A stretch of DNA of 64,000 bases from the human T2T-CHM13v2.0 reference genome, Homo sapiens: assembly GCF_009914755.1 (NCBI RefSeq), contig NC_060930.1. The stretch is one strand, 5' to 3'. Both the position numbers and the translations under genes were made by a program. Below, in pieces: positions 58,167 to 64,000 of this stretch; the stretch's first letter is position 1; every line of letters begins with the position of its first letter. A model generated the notes under the pieces. That model saw only the letters and a list, made by a program, of their open reading frames with translations. It was not told the DNA's origin and made no database searches.

Positions 58167-59660
58167 CTGTCAACTGATTGGAGTCATGATTCATCCCAGG
58201 CAAGACCCACAGAAGAACTGTCCAACAAGCTCAGCTCCAACTGCTGCCCCAAGAATTGGGAGCCAATAAAATAGTGGATTTTTAATGCAGTAATAGATAA
58301 CTGAATTTTTAATAATGAGATCAAAAAATGGCTGTCATAACAAAAATCTTAAACCTGTGGCATTGGCTCTGGTAGGAGATGGGTTGTGGGTGAAGCATAC
58401 AGAAGTGGCAAAAAAACTTTTGGGAAAGGGAAAAAGCAGTGAGAAACCGCTAGAAGATACCAGTCCCCTATAGTATATAGAGGTGGAAAGATTTGAAAAA
58501 TGATCACCTGTAGTAACTTGGAAAGTAGAAAATATGCATAAATAACTTGCAGATCTGGATAAGAAGAACTTCGGAGAGAATGCGAAATTACTGGTTTGGT
58601 ACATCTGGCTGTGTATGACAAAGTGCTGTAAGAGAGACATAAGCTAAGGAAAAAAACTATTCAGTTTGGAAATACTGAGGGGCCAAGACTTCCTGGGTTG
58701 GGAAATAAAACTCTTTCTCATCTTATATGTCTCTACAGCCCACAAAAGTTGTCCCAGCAAGAAATAGCTCCAGAATAAAGAATAAAGGTATGGCTATAAA
58801 ATCTTTTTTAAGACCTAAGAATAACTTAAGAAAGTGCCTAGTAGATCCTCTCAGTAGGGCAAAGGGCCTCTATGAATCTTAAGAAGGTTGTCCCACAGCA
58901 TCCTGACCTGCCACCCAAAGTAGAACAGGACTATTTCCAAAATAATGGTGTGTGGCTTTTACAAGAGAGTGTAATAGAATATATATACATTTGATGTGGC
59001 ACATGAACTTTTTCAGGGACTTTTGCCAGCATGGTAAAAGCATAGAACAGAGACACTTCCAAATGGACACGGCTTCTGGGCCCCCAACTTTCTATGGGCA
59101 GGAAGCAGGGTAAGAAGGCTACTTAGCTGCAAACACGGGGAATTTCTTATCAAACAAGAAAGGTGTCTCAGAGACTGGAACTAAGAGCCTGGAGGTGAAG
59201 CTAAGAGCAGAAGGGGACAATGGCCTAGGGAACTACTTTCTGCAAATATGACTTAACCCCAACCAACACATTTTCCCTGCCCGTGAAATAGGAGACCTTA
59301 AAGCAGCTTGTGCCCAGCTGGATTTCAGAATTGCTATGGAACAGCGATTGATACAAGCTTCTTGCTCCTCACCTTTTGAAGAGAGTATCTATTATGATTA
59401 CCTGGCTAAGTGTGTGTAATGGGGTCAGGGGTGAAATACAGATAACAAGTCCTTTTAGGACACTGATCCATGGATCAAGAGGAGCCATATCTGAGTAGCT
59501 GTATCTAAGAAGCTCAATTCAGATCTGCTCCTGATTTAGATGATGAGATCCTGGATGATTTGACCCTAATGTCATAATGGAATAAGACTCCTGAGGAGAA
59601 GGTAGTGCATCTTTATGTAGAAGGGATGTAAATAATTATGGCCAAAGAGTGGACAGAAAG
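58167..59660 (+). mobile_element. MLT1 (F/G/H-like) LTR 3' part followed by MLT1-internal sequence
   Basis: The LTR ends cagaagaactgtccaacaagctcagc...aataaa...gcagtaatagataactga, followed by MaLR-internal-like taacaaaaatcttaaacctgtggcattggct. Confidence 0.65.
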
Positions 59661-60994
59661 TGATTGTTTGCAATCGGTAATGGATACATCTCTTAAGCCT
59701 ATAAACTTACATGTGTATAATTCCAGGATCATATGCTAATGGTTGAGGATACAATAGTAAGAAAAAATAGATGTATTTTCTTTTATCGCAGAGTTTCAGT
59801 CTTGTAAATATAGAGAAATATTAATAAAATTATCAATAAAAGTAAATTGCACCAATGGTAGACATTACAAAGAAGAAGTGCATGATATTATGAGAATCAA
59901 AACAAAGGCTTAGGGAAAATGCACATCTGAAGAATAAGTAAAAAAGTAACAAGGCCAAAAGGAGAGAAAAGAGTTTCTAAGCAGAGGAACCACCTGGCAA
60001 ACCCACTCTGGAGGGAAGAGTCCAAAAGCTTATTAAGAGTCTAATTGTGATGTTTTGAAAGAACCTAAGCATTAACAGGCAGGTAAAGTTAAGTACAAAT
60101 ACTAGCAGTAGGCGGTCTTAGTCCTAAAGCTTGAATAAAACTAATCCCGAAAATGATTCAAGGCAAAGCAAATAACAGAAAACCATTAGCATAGTTCCTG
60201 AAAAGTTATATTTTGAAAGACTTGAATCCTTCTCTGTTAAAGTAAACAAAACATGAATCCCTGAACAGAAGAATGCAGGACCCCTGAATATAGATTGAGC
60301 CTTGGCATTTTCCAAAATATTATTTACCAGCCCATTTCTTACTAAGATAAAAAGCATATCCAATGAGCTGGCAAGATCAATCTCCATAATTATTACTCAG
60401 AGACATATATTTCATAAATAAAAAATGAAGTGCTTATATAAGAAAGAACTGCATTATTTGTTTCAACATTTTGGTTTGTAATTTTTTTTCAGACGAATAG
60501 ACTCTTGTATGTAGAGATTAACTGTCTATGCAAAGACTTCTAATTGATTGCTGTTGAGTGATCCATGTGTAATGTTTACAATGACCCATGGGAAGCTCCT
60601 CATCGATGAGATTGAATGGAAGTATGTCACAGAAATTTCCATTCTGTCCATTAAGAAAAGGAATTTTTACTAATTGTCAAGAAGCATATCCACAGGTCAT
60701 GTTTGAAGTAATCAACTCCTCCCAGAAGGCAAAGATTTATATCAAAGTGGAGGACTAAAAGTCAATTAACAGAAGGTTCAGATTCTACACAAGGAAGTGC
60801 CATCTTGACAAAATATGACACTCATAATCCATAATGTGGAAATGTTACCACATGATGTATCATATTGGATTCAAGTGATCATTATTAGAAACCAAGAAGT
60901 TACACAATTTTTGAAATGTACAAGAAAAATGCCTAAATATACTGAATGTTAGCAATAGTGTTTCTAAAAATTAAAAGGGGAAGGAAGGAGGAAT

Positions 60995-61200
60995 TCAACC
61001 CCTTCTCCCTGCCTCACTTAATGAGCTGGGACATCTCATCTCATTTTCTTCTGTTCTCAGAATGGGATTTACAGTATCAGCTCCCTTGGTTCTCAGGTCT
61101 TTGGACTCATACTTAGTTACATCCCCGGCTTTCCTGGTTTTTAGTTTACAGATAGCAAGTGGTAGGACTTCCCAGCCTCCATGGCTGCATGAACCATATA
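60995..61200 (+). mobile_element. MLT2 LTR fragment
   Basis: gagctgggacatc...ggttctcaggtctttggactc...gtggtaggacttcccagcctccat. Confidence 0.75.
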
Positions 61201-61224
61201 TATATATACACACACATACATACA

Positions 61225-64000
61225 TATGTTTGTTGTTCCCCTCTTTCTGCCAATGTGTTCTCATTATTCAGCTCCCACTTATAACTGAGAACATGTGGTA
61301 TTTGGTTTTCTGTTCCTAAGGATAATGGCCTCCATCTCCATCCATATTGCTGAATAGTACATGATTTCATGCTTTCTTATGGCTGTGCAGTATTCCATGG
61401 TGTGTCTGTACCACATTTTCTTTATCCAGTCTACCTTTGATGGGCACTTAGATCTGTCTTTGCTATTGTGAATAGTGCTGTAATGAACATACATGTGCAT
61501 GTATCATTGTGGTAGAACAATTTATATTCCATTGAATATATACCCAGAAGTGGAATTGCTGGGTCGAATGGTAGTTCTGTTTTTAGTTTTTTCAGGAATC
61601 GCCACACTGCTTTCCACAATGATTGAAATAATATACACTCCCACCAGCAGTGCATAAGTGTTCCCTTTTCTCCGCAACCTTGCCGACATCTGTTGTTTAT
61701 TGCCTTTTTAATAATAGCCATTCTGACTGGTGTGAGATGGTACCTCGTTGTGGTTTTGATTTGCATTTCTCTAACGATTGGTGGTATTGAGCATTTTTTC
61801 ATGTTTGTCGGTCACTTGTGTGTCTTCTTTTGAAAAACGTCTGTTCATGTCCTTTGCCTAGTTTTTAATGGAGTTGTTTTTTGCTTGTATGTTTGCTTAA
61901 GTTCCTTATTGATTCTGAACATTAGACCATTGTCAGCTATATAGTTTCCAAATACTTTTTCCCATTCTGTAGGCTGCCTGTTTATTCTGTTGATAGTTTC
62001 TTTTGCTGTATGGAAGCTCTTTAATTTAATTAGGTTCCATTTGTCAATTTTTGCTTTTGTTGCAATCGCTTTTGGCATTTTCACCATAAAATCTTTGCCA
62101 GTTCCTGTGTCCAAAGTGGTGTTTCCTACATTACCTTCCTGGGTTATTATAGTTTCAGGTTTTACATTTAGGTCTGTAATCCATCTTGAGTTGATTTTTT
62201 ATGTGTATAAAAAAGGAGTCCAGTTTCAGCCTTCTGCATATAGCTAGCCAGTTGTCCCAGCACCCTTTTTGAATAGGGAGTCCTTTCCCCATTGCTCGTT
62301 TTTGTCAGCTTTGTCAAAGATCAGGTGGTTGTATTTGTGAGGTCATATTTCTGGGTTCTGTATTCTGTTCAATTGGTCTGTGTGTCTGTTTTTGTACTAG
62401 TACCATGCCATTTTGGTTACTTAGCTTTGCAGTGCAGTTCAAAGTCTGGCAGTGTGATTCCTCTGGCTTTGCTCTTTTTGTTTAGGATTGCAATGGCTAT
62501 TCACGCTCTCGTTTGGTTCCATATGAACTTTAAAATAGTTTTTTTCTAGTTATGTGAAGAACATCATTGGTAGTTTGATAGGAATAGTGATGAATCTGTA
62601 AATTGCTTTAGGCAGTATGGCCACTTTAATGACATTGATTCTTCCTATCCCAGAGCATGGAATGTTCTTCTATTTGTTTGTGTCATCTCTAGATTTCTTT
62701 CAGCAGCCTTTTGTAATTCTCATGGTAGAGATCCTTCACCCCCTTGATTAGCTGTATTCCTTGGGATTTTATTCTTTTTGTGGCAGTTGTGAATGAGATT
62801 GCATTCCTGATTTGCCTCTCGGTTCAGGTGTTGTTAGTGTATAGGAATGCTAGTGATTTTTGCACATCCCTTTTGTATCATGAAACATTGCTGAAGTTGC
62901 TTATCACCTCAAGAAACTTTTGGACAGAGACTATGGGGTTTTCTAGATCTAGAATAATGTTGTCTGCAAACAGGGATAGTTTGACTTTCTCTCTTACTAT
63001 TTGGATGCCCTTTATTTCTTTCCCTTGCCTGATTGCTCTGGCCAGGACTTCCAATACTATATTGGATAGGAATAGTAAGGTGGCATCCTTGTCTTGTTCC
63101 AGTTTTCAAGGGAAATGCTTCCAGCTTCTGCCCTCAGTATGACGTTGGCTGCGGCTTTGTCCTAGATAGCACTTATTATTTTGAATTATGTGCCTTCAAT
63201 ACCTACTTTGAGAGTTTTAACATGAAAGGATGTTGAATTTTATTGAAAGCCTTTTCTGCATCTATTGGAATGATCATGTGGGTTTTGTTTTTAGTTCTAT
63301 TTACGTGATGAGTCATATTTATTAATTTGCCTATGCTGAACCAACCTTGCATCCCAGGGATAAAACCTAGTTGATCGTAGTGGATCACCTTTTTGGTGTG
63401 CTGCTTGATTCCGTTTACTAGTATTTTGTTGAAGATTTCTGCATCTATGTTAATCAAGAATATCAGCCTGAAATGTTTTATTGTTGTTGTTGTTGTGTCT
63501 CTGCCAGGTTTTGGTGTTAAGATGCTGCTTGCCTCACAGAATGAGCCAGGGATGAGTCCCTTCTTCTCAATTTTTTGGAATAGCTTCAGTAGGAATGGTA
63601 CCAGCTCTTCTTTGTACATCTGGTACAAATTGTCTGTGAATCTATCCAGTCCTGGGCTTTTTGGGGGGTTGGTAGGTTACATATTACTGATTCAATTGCA
63701 GAGCTAATTATTGGTCTATTCAGGGAATTCCATTTCTCCCTGGTTCACTTGTGGGAGGATGTATGTGTCCAGGAATGTATCCAGTTTTTCTAGATTTTGT
63801 ACTTCTTGTGCACTGAATTGTTCATAGCAGTCCCCAGTGGTTATTTATATTTCTGGGGGGGTCCGTGGTAATGTCCCCTTTGTCATTTTTATGTTTTTTG
63901 GATCTTCTCTCTTTGTTTTCTTTATTAGTCTAGCTAGCAGTCCATCTATCTTATTAATTTTTTCAAAAAAACAACTCCAGATTTGTTGATCTATTTTATG
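61225..64000 (-). mobile_element. Older L1PA/PB ORF2 and partial 3'UTR running off the window end
   Basis: Antisense ORF2 fragments (61431-61802 HCWWEC; 63203-63628 [12 protein letters not shown]) with many frameshifts. Confidence 0.93.

Overview
This is primate (human-like) genomic DNA, not microbial. It is mostly intronic and rich in transposable elements. On the minus strand, three GT-AG exons (28682-28467, 26152-25900, 18503-18340) splice in phase into 210 uninterrupted codons of a multi-pass membrane region that I recognise from memory as OFCC1 (MRDS1). The introns hold a young 5'-truncated L1PA whose ORF2 is split into an endonuclease ORF and a 1018-aa RT ORF, two inverted L1s, and MER11 and LTR18A-like solo LTRs. 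They also hold a two-LTR RT-deleted HERV9 provirus nested in an older ERVL, several Alus, MaLR/L2/MIR/MER5 fossils, a very old L2-clade RT fossil, and a 33-bp minisatellite. I cannot support a wholly new biological system. The best leads are the intact OFCC1 exons, a candidate 38-nt exon, the ancient L2 fossil and the minisatellite. Repeat subfamily names come from recalled consensus sequences, and boundaries without target-site duplications (TSDs) are approximate.
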